64,000 nt of DNA. Origin: Takakia lepidozioides. Lineage: Eukaryota; Plantae; Bryophyta. Positions 1-12,000 of this stretch are shown piece after piece. The first letter of the stretch is position 1, and the number at the start of each line of letters is the position of its first letter. A model generated the notes under the pieces. It worked only from the letters and a program-made list of their open reading frames with translations. It did no database searches and was not told where the DNA came from. The translations under genes and the position numbers were made by a program. The stretch is taken from the NCBI GenBank assembly GCA_030704615.1, contig CM060731.1, forward strand, positions 71,424,001 to 71,488,000. Direction: 5' to 3'.

Positions 1-3000
1 AACTGGGAGCCTGATGTTGGACCTATAGTCACCGAAGGAGAGAGACGACGTATACGGCGGTTCTTCAGGGCTTACAGAAACTGCTTTGCCTTCAGTTTGA
101 AGGACTTAGGAGCACTGAAGGGTCAAGAGATTCGCATTGAATTGGCTACTGACACGCCAATCTTTCGGAGACCCTACAGATACAGTGACATGGAGAGGTC
201 CTTGATTCAGATGAGAACTCAGGACCTTTGGGAGGCTGGTTTGGTGGAGTTATCTGGGGGAGAGTATGCTTCAGCCACAGTGATGCCAGCCAAGAAGGAT
301 GTCTTTGGCAATTGGACGGAGAGACGTATGTGCGGTGATTACCGGCCTGTAAATCGTCAGACCAAGTTCGATAGGTATGCCATGCCAACACCAGAGGAGA
401 TCTTTGATGCCATTGGGCATGCCAAGGTCTTTAGCACGTTGGATTTAAGATCCGGATATCACCAGTTGCCGATCAAGGAGGCGGATAAGCAAAAGACGAC
501 ATTATGGGGGATCAATGAGCACGGGAAGGATTGCCTATACCAGTGGCGGTTCTTACCATTTGGGCTTAAGAATGCTCCGGCAGAGTTTCAGAGAGTCATG
601 GACAGGATTCTAGCAGGGGTGGAGTTTACTCGGTGCTACATAGATGACATCATCATCTTTAGTGCTATGGTGGAAGAGCATGAGAGACACCTTCAGGGGG
701 TATTTGAGCGCTTGAGGGCGCACGGATTGAAGTTACATCCGGGAAAGTGCAAGTTTTTCCACAACCAGATTGAGTATTTGGGTCACATGATATATCCTGG
801 AGGATTGGGGGTACAGCAGACTAAGGTAGAGTCCATTGCACAGGTTCCACGCCCCACGGATGTGAGCCAAGTTTGAGCTTTCATGGGGTTAGCAAACTAT
901 TATAGACTGTTTGTTAAGGGATTAAGTGCCATTGCAAAGGCTCTAACCAAGCTGACCAAGGTGGACCAGGAGTGGCAGTGGGAAGATGAGCAAGAACAAG
1001 CTTTTCAAGAGCTCAAGGCGAGGTTGACCTCGGCACCCATCTTGAGACGACCTATCAGGGGGCGTCCTTTTCAGCTGCTTACAGATTGGAGCATGCTGGG
1101 GCTTGGAGCGGTGCTCACACAGGTGGATGATGAGGGAAGAGAGTTCGTAGTGGCTTATGCTAGCCGCTCGAACAACGTTGCAGAGTCTAAGTATAGCTCA
1201 TATGAGGGAGAATGCTTAGCTGCAGTGTGGGCCGTGGCACACTTCAGGTGCTATCTATACGGCAATCTCTTCACCCTTGTCACGGATCACCAACCACTCA
1301 AGTGGTTGATGGAGTCAGACAAGCTTACGGGGAAGCTTGCACGGTGGGCACTCATCCTTCAAGAGTATGACTTTCAGGTGGTGCATCGACCGGGTTTGGT
1401 CAATCACAATGCAGATGGGTTGAGTCGCAATCCATGCACGAGCCAACATGATGACACTGGAGCTCGGTGGCATGGTGAGACAGACGAGGAGATGGTGCCC
1501 GGATGGCATGCATCTGCATTTCTGTGTATCTTGGCAGCGGAAGGCCAGGTTGGACCTGCAACAGGGATGATTGTAGATCAAGTGTCTGAGGACCCTGAGG
1601 CCAGCAATGAGCAAGGTGACGCCAAAGATATACATGAGGATTCAGTTGTGTTGGACTACCTCCGCACTGGAGACACTGCAGCCACTGTGACTGCCAAGGA
1701 GAGGGATCGGATCCTACAACGAGCCAAGAGGTTCAAGTGGGAGGGGACACACCTGCTCCAAGTGTAGTAGGATGGTCGAGTGAGGATTGTGCCTCACCCA
1801 ACACAGCGGGCACGGTTAGTGCGGCATGCCCATGAGGAGTTGGGGCATTTTGGGGTGCGACGCACTCATAGTCTACTGCAGGGGCAGTATTGGTGGCGTG
1901 GTATGCACACAGAGGTGCAACAATTTGTGGCTAGGTGCATGGTGTGTGATAGGGTGCGTGCTTCATTCAACACCCCTACTCCACAATTGCACCCTCTTCC
2001 GATCATGGGATTGGGCTATAGGTGGAGTCTTGACTTCGCAGGGCCGTTGCCACTGACCATGCGCCACAACAAGTACGTGTTGGTGATGGTGGAGCACTTC
2101 TCCAAGTGGATTGAGTTGGTTCCATTGCCTGATAAGGCTAGTGATGGAGCTGCGTATGCATTCTTGGATTGTATGCTTAGCCGATTCGGTGCTCTAGCTG
2201 AGGTACTCACGGACCAAGGGAGAGAGTTCTTGGGGGAGTTTCAGGCTTTGTGACAAGGCCTTGATAGACCACCGCACCACTTCTCGGGATCATCCTGAGG
2301 CCGATGGCTTGGCAGAGAGAGTTGTTTAGACAGTAAAGAGGGGTTTGCGCAAGTATGGCTTGCAGAAGGGACACCTAGGAGATTGGGACCTTCAGTTACC
2401 CTGGTTAGCCATGGGCTACAGGTTCAGCAAGCAAGCATCACTTGCCTCCTTCTCACCATACTTTCTTCTCTTCGGCCGAGAGCCGGATTTGCCTACATCC
2501 ATTCGCAGAGAAGCTGCTACAATTCTTAACCTTGACGATCCGGACGTGTGGACACGTGCATGTGAGCAGCGTGCAGAGTTGTTCAAGAAAGTCATGCCCA
2601 TGGCTTTCGAGAACCTTGCCATTGCACAACACTGTGATACATTGAGGTATGCTACCATACGTGGTGGGGGCTATCGTCCTGGGGTTCGGAGATTCAACCC
2701 TGGTGACTATGTCTATCTGCAGCAGACTGCTCCTACGACCTTGGATGTGACTGCAAGACGTGTTATTTTGAGGGTTCGAGAGGTCTTGCCCTTAGGCGTC
2801 TTGGTCTTGGAGGGTCGGGATGGCATAACTTGGAAGGACCATGTGCGTAATTGTGCGCTATGTCACCTTCCGAATGTCGATGGCAGGATTGACCCAAACC
2901 TGGCAGTGGTATCTGCAAGTTTGAGGTGCATGTTGTGTGGGTCTGCTAGAGGGGCAGCCACCATGCTGGTGTGTGATCGATGCTCTAGAGGTTGGCATAT

Positions 3001-3070
3001 GAGATGCTTGACTCCACCTCTTGAGATGGTTCCGGATGGGGATTGGTTATGTCCACATTGCATTGGATAG
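1..3070 (+). pseudogene. pol (RT-RNaseH-integrase-PHD finger), broken by stops/frameshifts
   Basis: ORFs 97-876, 883-1767, 1780-2253, 2345-3070 are consecutive pieces; C-terminal CMLC..CDRC..H..C..WLCPHC is a PHD finger. Confidence 0.92.
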
Positions 3071-3857
3071 TGGGAGTGGATACAACCATGGAAGACTAAC
3101 AAGAAATGCAAGGCCAAGCTACTAGGAGACCTTGATCACACGAGATCTTGGCTCAAGTTCACAGATTGCAAGACGGCATCTACCGATGGGGCTACTCTTG
3201 TACCCGGCCTCTTGGTCTATAGAGTTTGAGTACAATAGGGACAATGATAGAGGACTTAGTACGGCTGTGGCTATTACATCTTGTAGCTATCTAGAGGTAG
3301 AGGGACCTATCCACCAGCTAGGGGGGCGATTGTGGCAGACTACTTTATTGTGCATATATGTGTGGTGTGGTTTGGACAGCGATGTAGTTGTGTAGCGATA
3401 CGTATGCGCACGACAGCTGTCAAGTTAAATAAGCACAGTGTGAAACTAACTAGAATAAAGCTAGTTATTTGTATTTAACACTTGGATTTAGGTCAAGTGT
3501 TAAATCAGGTGTCAAGTTTAGTTTGTCACCTGAACCGTCTTATCTTCACGAGGGCGTCAGTCGCGCAGCTCATCTCTCTCGAGTTGAGCCTGCGCGACTG
3601 AGCTCCTTCATCGTTTAGAACTGAGTGTACTTATGATGGGAGGATAGGTTGTTGTGGGGTGGAGTCCCCATAGCTTGGGGTGCCCCTGGCTTGACTATTA
3701 TCTGAAAGAGTGATGATGAGATGGATTTCATGTTTCTTGTGTTAAGAGTGTGTTCTTAGCTTTTCTTATCATTGTGGCAGACTACTTTATTGTGCATATA
3801 TGTGTGGTGTGGTTTGGACAACGATGTAGTTGTGTAGCGATACGTATGCGCACGACA
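1..3857 (+). mobile_element. Ty3/Gypsy-type retrotransposon copy 1 (5' part outside window): RT-RNaseH-IN-PHD, PPT, terminal blocks B'-gc-A'-t-B'
   Basis: RT motifs (LDLRSGYHQ, LPFGLKNAP, YIDD), RNase H (TDWS, DHQPL), integrase (HEELGH..CMVC, LDFAGP, TDQG), PHD; purine tract aggggggcga at 3320-3329 followed by TG. Confidence 0.93.
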
Positions 3858-4135
3858 TGGTGGATAGTGACTGCCATAGTGGGCAGCATAGTGACAGCCT
3901 AGTGGTTGGACTAGTGGTATATTAGTGTGTGGTGTGCACATGTGTTGTGTGGTTTTGCACATCGATGTAGTTGTGTAGCGATATGAATGCGCACGGCAGC
4001 TGTCAAGTTATTTCACCACTAGTGTGAAACTAGCTAGGAAATAGCTAGTTTTTACATATTGACATTTGGGATTGGCCCAAGTGTCAATCCAGGGGTCAAA
4101 AAAGATTTAGGCCCTGAAGTGATTATCTTCACGGT
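3331..4135 (+). repeat. LTR-derived blocks: B' 3331-3415, gc, A' 3418-3771, t, B' 3773-3857, B 3858-3998, gc, 5' part of A 4001-4135
   Basis: 3331-3415 is nearly identical to 3773-3857; 4001-4135 matches 42919-43053; blocks run TG..CA. Confidence 0.88.
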
Positions 4136-4555
4136 TAGCGTAGCTATGGCGTGAGCCCAGCCCCGTGAGCCTGGGAGCTGAGCTCACGTTCAAGCTTTGA
4201 AGCGTGAGCTGAGCTCACGCTTCAGGGAAGCGTGAGCGGCACGAATCTGCTGGAGAAGCAGGTCCTATAGGCGAGGATTGCAGGAAGAGGGCCTATTACC
4301 GTGGACAAAACAAAGGAGGCCACCATGCACCATGTCTGCAATGCGTGCCAAAAAAGAGGAATATGTAAATATGGCAGATTTGAGCTCAGAATGATTGACA
4401 CAGTTTATTTCAATTCACAGAGAGACGCTTACAATGAATCGCAAGTGCATTTGCCCTGGTTCCGTGAACGAAATGTATATGTTTGTCATAAAATGAAAAG
4501 TCTTCACACGGCAACCTGGAAACCAGCATGGGAAGCGGGCATGGCTCGTATGTGT

Positions 4556-7500
4556 TCAAAGAGAAGTTGGCGGAGCTCTACGCGAGGTGTCCCGCTGCAG
4601 AAGGGTGATGACTTCTCCGTAGCCTAGTGTGGCTTGGTGAATGAATTGGTCTCTCTTACCGTCGCAACACATAATTACAAGGTATATGTAATATTGATGC
4701 TTGCAGGGGACCCACTTCCCTCTCATGCCGAGAGCGCCCTCACGCATCGTTACAAAATCCGGACAAGTGCACGAAGGGAAATTCCCGATGGTAACCTGAT
4801 ATTCTTTGGCATGAAGAACTGAGCCAATTGACAGCACTGTGTAAATCCGTCCATACCCCGGGGAAGGGACTTCGGTGATACGAGTCACCCTAGCCTGCAA
4901 AATTCTAGCCGATTCCATCTTGCATTCGTGATCTGCACCCGAAGCAACACGGCGCACTGTTTTTCCATCTCTTTTTGTTGGGTGGGAGTCGGCACCGGGT
5001 GGAGGCATTGTCGGAGCATGTGGCACATCTGTGCCGACAGTGCATAAGGGCACCACCCGGGACCGTGCAAGACAAAACCCTCCCTCCTCCAGCATGCTTA
5101 TCTCGGTTGAGGACAGCAATGTCCCAATTTTCACAGGCCAAATTGCGGGGGGAGGGGGCTTCATTATCACGGAAGGACGAACTGTTCCCTTCACGCATCG
5201 TGCCATATCGTCTGGGCAGAACCAAAACTTGTGCTCTTTTGACTCCCCACTATGATAAGGTCGGAACAACCCTGTGAAATGTTGGAGCTGGAGTCCCCCT
5301 GGAGCCTTTGCATATTTTTGATTTGCATTTCTTGAATGAGGGGGTCCGAATTGCCATGCAAGCCACTCTAGATCCTGGTGGGGTGCGTTCTATATGCCAG
5401 TCACTATCAATGCAATCAGATTCCTGCACCATGGCCACCACCTCCTCCAATGGGATTTCCGCTGCTATGCTTGCATGTTCTGCACCTGCTCCACAGAGGA
5501 GGACCCACCTGGGAAGGGGCCGGCACAGGACTTAGTCTGCACTGGAGACACCTTTGGCACAGAGAAATTGACCCTGTCTGGCCTATGGGAATCTCCATCT
5601 GACCCTGGAAGAGTGTTTAATTTCCTTTTGCATGATCCAAATCTTTCCTCGCCTTCCAAATGGGGGAGCCTGGATTGCAGAGGGGAGCCTTCAGTGCACC
5701 TGTTTAGAGCTCTGGCCATCTTTGACGGGTCTCCGGACCTACTCGCAGCCCTTAGCATCAACAAAGTCGTATCGGGGCCCTTCCCTCCACCCCGTCCCAT
5801 CAGAAAATTGCGGTACCTGGTTTGTTGTGTAAGTGCCCGCACCATGTCATCAGCAGTGGCCACATACAAGTCACGACCTGCTTTGGTAGACTGTTGCATC
5901 CAGGCGTTGTGAACAGTCTCTGCCAAATTACACGATGGCATGTCGGCCAAGTCCTCCAAGGACATGTCCTGCAGGAGGCATTGCATGGAAATGTGAGGAA
6001 GGAAAAGAAATGGTAGAGGTTCTTCAAGTGACAATCGAACAACCCCAAATGAACAGGCACGATGCAAAGTGCAATTTGTGTTTAAGGAAAACTTGTGAGG
6101 CTTACCGTCGTCATGAAAGCTCCCCACTGTCTGTACCTGAAGTGCCAGAAAACCAACCAGTCCTCCAACTCCTTCAGGTGGATACCTGTAGCAGCACCAG
6201 AGGAGAACCACCAAGCCCGGATTGCCTGGTAAGTGCTCTCAGCTTCTCCCATTGAGGTGGCATTCTTGTACTTCAGACAGAGCCTTCTATGCTCCAACTG
6301 AAGGTCAGGGCGAATGCAGCGCTTTGTATGACGTGCCAGAGATTGACTCCAATGGAAGAGGCATGTGCGCTCCCTATTTTCCATTGGGACCTTAGGATCC
6401 CCCGAACCAAACACGCGCCGCACTGCATTGAAATTTGCCTGTGCACTATCAGCCATGAAGCCCGCAAAATTTGTGTTCTGTATTCCATTGCGCTGCATGA
6501 CGGCCAGGAGGGAATTCCACATGAGCATCTGGGATTCAGTGTCCTCCGACTGCATATCACAAATTGCTATGGAGAGCACACGCTGGTACGCTGGATCATA
6601 CACATGGCACGCCATGGTTGTCCAACCCTTCACCCGTTTGCAGTGATCAAACATTAACCAACATTTAGCCAAATCTCCTCCAGGTTGCATTCGGCGGACA
6701 ATGCTCACACCACTGCCTTGGCCCACAGCGGACATCTTGAACAAATACACTTTGGACGAGCCCTGGCCAGGGAACATACTGTTTTGAATGAATTCATAGC
6801 GACTCCTCCGTTTGAGGTCCATAATGTTGTCCATGAATCCAGCAGTGCCTGTGCCCATTTGAGTGCATTCACCTGGTTTCGAATATTGGGAGAGCTCAAC
6901 ACGGAGAAATGGTCCATGACTGCCTCAAGGGAATTGCATCCAGCATTGGTTGTGTCGCATCCCCTTCACCCAGTATGTGTTTTTCCAGGAATGCCTTGCT
7001 AGCTGCAAGCGCTATAGCAGAAGGTGTTGCACAAGGGGCATTGTGGAACTCTTGCTTCAGTAGATTTCTAGCGATGTCCACGCTATCCCTGCAACTCCCT
7101 TTGGACACAGGATGCTCGTGTGCACCCATATGAATGCAGGCACGAGTCATTGTCTTGCATCGATGTGCCACCTGATACATACGAGCGTGGCAAACAGAAA
7201 CACAGGACGGGGAAAGTTTGCAGAACTGCACACAAAAGTATTGGTCTTGGGAGGTGCAAGCCCTGGGGTGAAAGGATTGAGGGGCACACCTTCCCACTCA
7301 CTTTCGTTTGGCTGAGCGCTGTTTCTCAGCCGAGGGCAAGAAATATTCAGGCACTTGCAATGCCCAACGCAAACCGACCTCCGAAATTTCAAGCCAATGT
7401 CGTTATGGATGTTCGACGTTTTTGTCCTGCACCAAGGATGTCCGTCATGTTTCTTGTCCATGCCCTGCAGAAGCCCAGCCAGTCCACTGGAAGATGTGGG

Positions 7501-8133
7501 AGGGTTGAGCTCAAACAAGATGTCCCCATCAAACTGAGCTGGCACGTATTGAACCCGTTGCACTGGAAGGGACTCCCAATCAACAAAACGTAGCTCGCTC
7601 TTACACCCAGGCACACCTGTGAGGGCTTTCAATTTTGGAATGACACTCGTTATCTCTTGCAATTCGTCATCATCCAATAAGGGAGTTTGCACTGGCGGAG
7701 GAATCTCAGAAACATCCTCCGAGGACGAGTCTGAAAGAGTCACGAAGGTAGTGGATGTGCTCACCTCTTGTTTCACAGGAACTGTGCTCTTCTGTTGCAC
7801 GACCGATGCTGCAGTGCCAGGGGTAACGACTGATCCTGCTGATTGTCTTCTCTCTTTTCCAAGGACACGGTATGTTCCTGGAAGGACTCTCCACTTCCTT
7901 CCACACTCACCAACCAAGGGTTTCTCCAAGTGCCCAGAATCCAAATTCCCATCCTCGTCATACACCTCTTTCTGAACAAGCAGAGAACCCAACTCCAGCG
8001 GGAACACTGTAACCAGCTCATCCTCATGAACAACTGCATACCCATCGTCGTCTGCAGTGGCAGTCAGTGGAAGAGTACCTGCATTGGAATGGAATCGAGC
8101 AAGTGCATCTCGCTCCCTCGACATGTTTTCCAT
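4556..8133 (-). pseudogene. MULE transposase (GCM/WRKY-like zinc domain, DDE core, C-terminal SWIM), several frameshifts, one predicted intron ~5970-6104
   Basis: C..C..HMGAHEHP; WLMFD, FMADS, CLFH (CxxH), NLAE; SWIM CTCPDF..CKH; spread over ORFs 7147-8547, 6896-7297, 6082-6858, 5465-6214, 4556-5269. Confidence 0.85.
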
Positions 8134-9066
8134 CAATGAACGAAACTGGCGATTCAGAACGGAATCCCCGAACTGAGAGCCCGTAATTATCGAAAGTGGA
8201 AATACCACAAGCAAACTGAGGTCAACAAGGGTAGCACCAAACCAAAGGCTGCCGGCGATGCATGCAAAGGATGTAGGGATGACGTGCACCTTCACCTCCC
8301 ACCAACCAGAAAAACCGTTTTGAAAGACCAGAGCCACAAGAAGCCGTGCTGTTTTTGGATGGAAAACAAACCCTGAAAATGACATGAAACCATCCATTAT
8401 GAAATGACGGCAACAACCCTGGAGAGCAGTAAACAGGAAGATCCGATTGTAATGAGATTGTGTTGCGTCAGAATAGCACAGAACAAACACTGACACTCCA
8501 AGAGATACCTCGCACGAATGTGTGCAACACATGGTCATATCCGACACAATCCTTTACACCGAATGACCCCATGGGGACGGTCACGGCAAAACGAAAACCA
8601 CAGGGCAGGCAGTACAACACACGTGGATGCATATGTGAAGCATAACAATTATTGCGAATCTGGAAGAACTGCTCGGAATTGAAAAAGCACTACATTTCTA
8701 CGGCACATTCGAATTTGAAAGAAGGCAAGGAGGCCGCCATGTATTGGCAGGCGGCGAAGTACATCTGACATATATCGCAAATGCATGCAACGGATGTTCT
8801 TTTTCTTCGGCGCTTTATTAGCTGGGTAATACAAAGACGCCAAAATGGATGAATTCCGTTCGCACACAATATCAACACCCGCATCCAAATACGGTTGACA
8901 ACGTCCATTTTTATTTTTGTTACATGCGATACCAGCACTTGTTGCAAACGTCAAACTGGAGAGCTCCAGGGGCATCGTGGGGAGCCCTTGTTTCCAGCGG
9001 AGGAGAAAGAGAAGGAAGTCATTATACTTCACGAGTTCTAGAAACAGGAATAGAGCTAGATATAGA

Positions 9067-12000
9067 ATGAGGATGGAAAGAGTGGAGGAAGAGGAAAAGG
9101 AGGAAGAAGAGGGAATACAGGAAAGTGTGGCGATGGAGGAGCAGGAATCTGGAGAAGAACAACAACCCACCATAGTTCCAGGAACAGGCGAGGAGGACAC
9201 TGCGTCTGAGGGAGAGACGGACGACATGGAGGAAGATGTTGACACTGGCCTCACGAAGAATCTGACTACGGGAAAGAGGAAGGGGGAGAGGCTCACCTAC
9301 ATAGTCGGCGAAGAGAGCAGCCCGAAGCGGAAAGGGTCCCCGGCAATTGGGGAGTCTTCTCGAGTAGCTACGAAAAAGGTAAAATCTACAGGACCCACAT
9401 TTGTGAAGAATTCGGCTTTCAATGGCAGGTATTTGAGAAAGAAAGAACCATTCAGTGGCAGCTCAAACAGTGTGCGTTGCCGGACACTGTTTGAGCTGCA
9501 CATGTCACTGTTTTAAGGGTGCAAAATTCTTCCTTCAACGACACCTTTCTGAGGATGAAATGAACCCTGCACTGCCAGCTCAAACAGTGTGCGGCAACGC
9601 ACACTGTTTGAGCAGATCTTTTCAATGTTTTAGGGTGCAAAATTTGGCCTTGCAGTCAGTTATCTGCGGGTGAAATGAACCCTTCACTGCCAGCTCAAAC
9701 AGTGTGCGGCAACGCACACTGTTTGAGCTGAACATTTCAATGTTTTAGGGTGCAAAATTTGGACTTCAGGGGCACCTTTTTGAGGATGGAATGAACCCTG
9801 CACTGCCAGCTCAAACAGTGTGCGGCAACGCACACTGTTTGAGTAGATCTTTTCAATGTTTTAGGGTGCAAAATTTGGTCTTGCAGTCAGTTATCTGAGG
9901 GTGAAATGAACCCTTCACTGCCAGCTCAAACAGTGTGCGGCAACGCACACTGTTTGAGCTGAACATTTCAATGTTTAAGGGTGCAAAATTTGGACTTCAG
10001 GGGCACCTTTCTGAGGATGGAATGAACCCTGCACTGCCAGCTCAAACAGTGTGCGGCAACGCACACTGTTTGAGCTGAACATTTCAATGTTTCAGGGTGC
10101 AAAATTTGGACTTCACGGGCACCTTTCTGAGGATGAAATGAACCCTGCACTGCCAGCTCAAACAGTGTGCGGCAACGCACACTGTTTGAGCAGATCTTTT
10201 CAATGTTTTAGGGTGCAAAATTTGGTCTTGCAGTCAGTTATCTGAGGGTGAAATGAACCCTTCACTGCCAGCTCAAACAGTGTGCGGCAACGCACACTGT
10301 TTGAGCTGAACATTTCAATGTTTAAGGGTGCAAAATTTGGACTTCAGGGGCACCTTTCTGAGGATGGAATGAATCTTGCACTGCCAGCTCAAACAGTGTG
10401 CGGCAACGCACACTGTTTGAGCAGATCTTTTCAATATTTTAGGGTGCAAAATTTGGTCTTGCAGTCAGTTATCTGAGGGTGAAATGAACCCTTCACTACC
10501 AGCTCAAACAGTGTGCGGCAACGCACACTGTTTGAGTTGAACATTTCAATGTTTTAGGGTGCAGAATTTGGACTTCATGGGCACCTTTCTGAGGATGGAA
10601 TGAACCCTGCACTGCCAGCTCAAACAGTGTGCGGCAACGCACACTGTTTGAGCTGAACATTTCAATGTTTCAGGGTGCAAAATTTGGACTTCAGGGGCAC
10701 CTTTCTGAGGATGAAATGAACCCTGCACTGCCAGCTCAAACAGTGTGCGGCAACGCACACTGTTCGAGTAGATCTTTTCAATGTTTTAGGGTGCAAAATT
10801 TGGTCTTGCTGTCAGTTATTTGAGGGTGAAATGAACCCTTCACTGCTAGCTCAAACAGTGTGCGGCAACGCACACTGTTTGAGCTGAACATTTCAATGTT
10901 TCTGAGTGCAAAATTTGGACTTCAGGGGCACCTATCTGAGGATGAAATGAACCCTTCACTGTCAGCCCAAACAGTGTGCGGCAACGCACACTGTTTGAGC
11001 TGAACATTTCAATGTTTTAGGGTGCAAAATTTGGACTTCAGGGGCACCTTTCTGAGGATGAAATGAACCCTGCACTGCCAGCTCAAACAGTGTGCGGCAA
11101 CGCACACTGTTTGAGCAGAACTTTTCATTGTTTTAGGGTGCAAAATTTGGCCTTGCAGTAAGTTATCTGAGGGTGAAATGAACACTTCACTGCCAGCTCA
11201 AACAGTGTGCGGCAACGCACACTGTTTGAGCTGAACATTTCCATGTTTTAGGGTGCAAAATTTGGACTTCATGGGCACCTTTCTGAGGATGAAATGAACC
11301 CTGCACTGCCAGCTCAAACAGTGTGCGGCAACGCACACTGTTTGAGCAGATCTTTTCAATGTTTTAGGGTGCAAAATTTGGTCTTGCTGTCAGTTATCTG
11401 AGGGTGAAATGAACCCTTCACTGCCAGCTCAAACAGTGTGCGGCAACGCACACTGTTTGAGCTGAACATTTCAATGTTTCTGGGTGCAAAATTTGGACTT
11501 CAGGGGCACCTATCTGAGGATGAAATGAACCCTTCACTGTCAGCCCAAACAGTGTGCGGCAACGCACACTGTTTGAGCTGAACATTTCAATGTTTTAGGG
11601 TGCAAAATTTGGACTTCAGGGGCACCTTTCTGAGGATGAAATGAACCCTGCACTGCCAGCTCAAACAGTGTGTGGCAACGCACACTGTTTGAGTAGAACT
11701 TTTCATTGTTTTATGGTGCAAAATTTGGCCTCCAGGCACATATCTGAGGGTGAAATGAACCCTTCACTGCCAGCTCAAACAGTGTGTTGTAACGCACACT
11801 GTTTGAGCAGAACATATCAATATTTAAGGGCGCAACATTCGGCCTTCATGGGCAGATATCTGTGGATGAAATGAACCCTTCACTGCTAGCTCAAACAGTG
11901 TGCGGCAACGCACACTGTTTAAGCTGAACATTTCAATGTTTTAGGGTGCAAATTTTGGACTTCAGGGGCACATTTCTGAGGATAAAATGAACCCTTCACT

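Noticed and set aside
876-882. TGA after PTDVS(Q/R)V shared by all three pol copies as a second readthrough site
   Set aside because: It falls at the conserved Arg of V-R-A-F (CGA to TGA, a CpG transition) with no readthrough context; more likely an inherited or recurrent mutation, though its presence in all three copies merits a consensus check
8649-9296. Ser-rich minus-strand ORF
   Set aside because: Antisense shadow of the Glu-rich plus-strand exon
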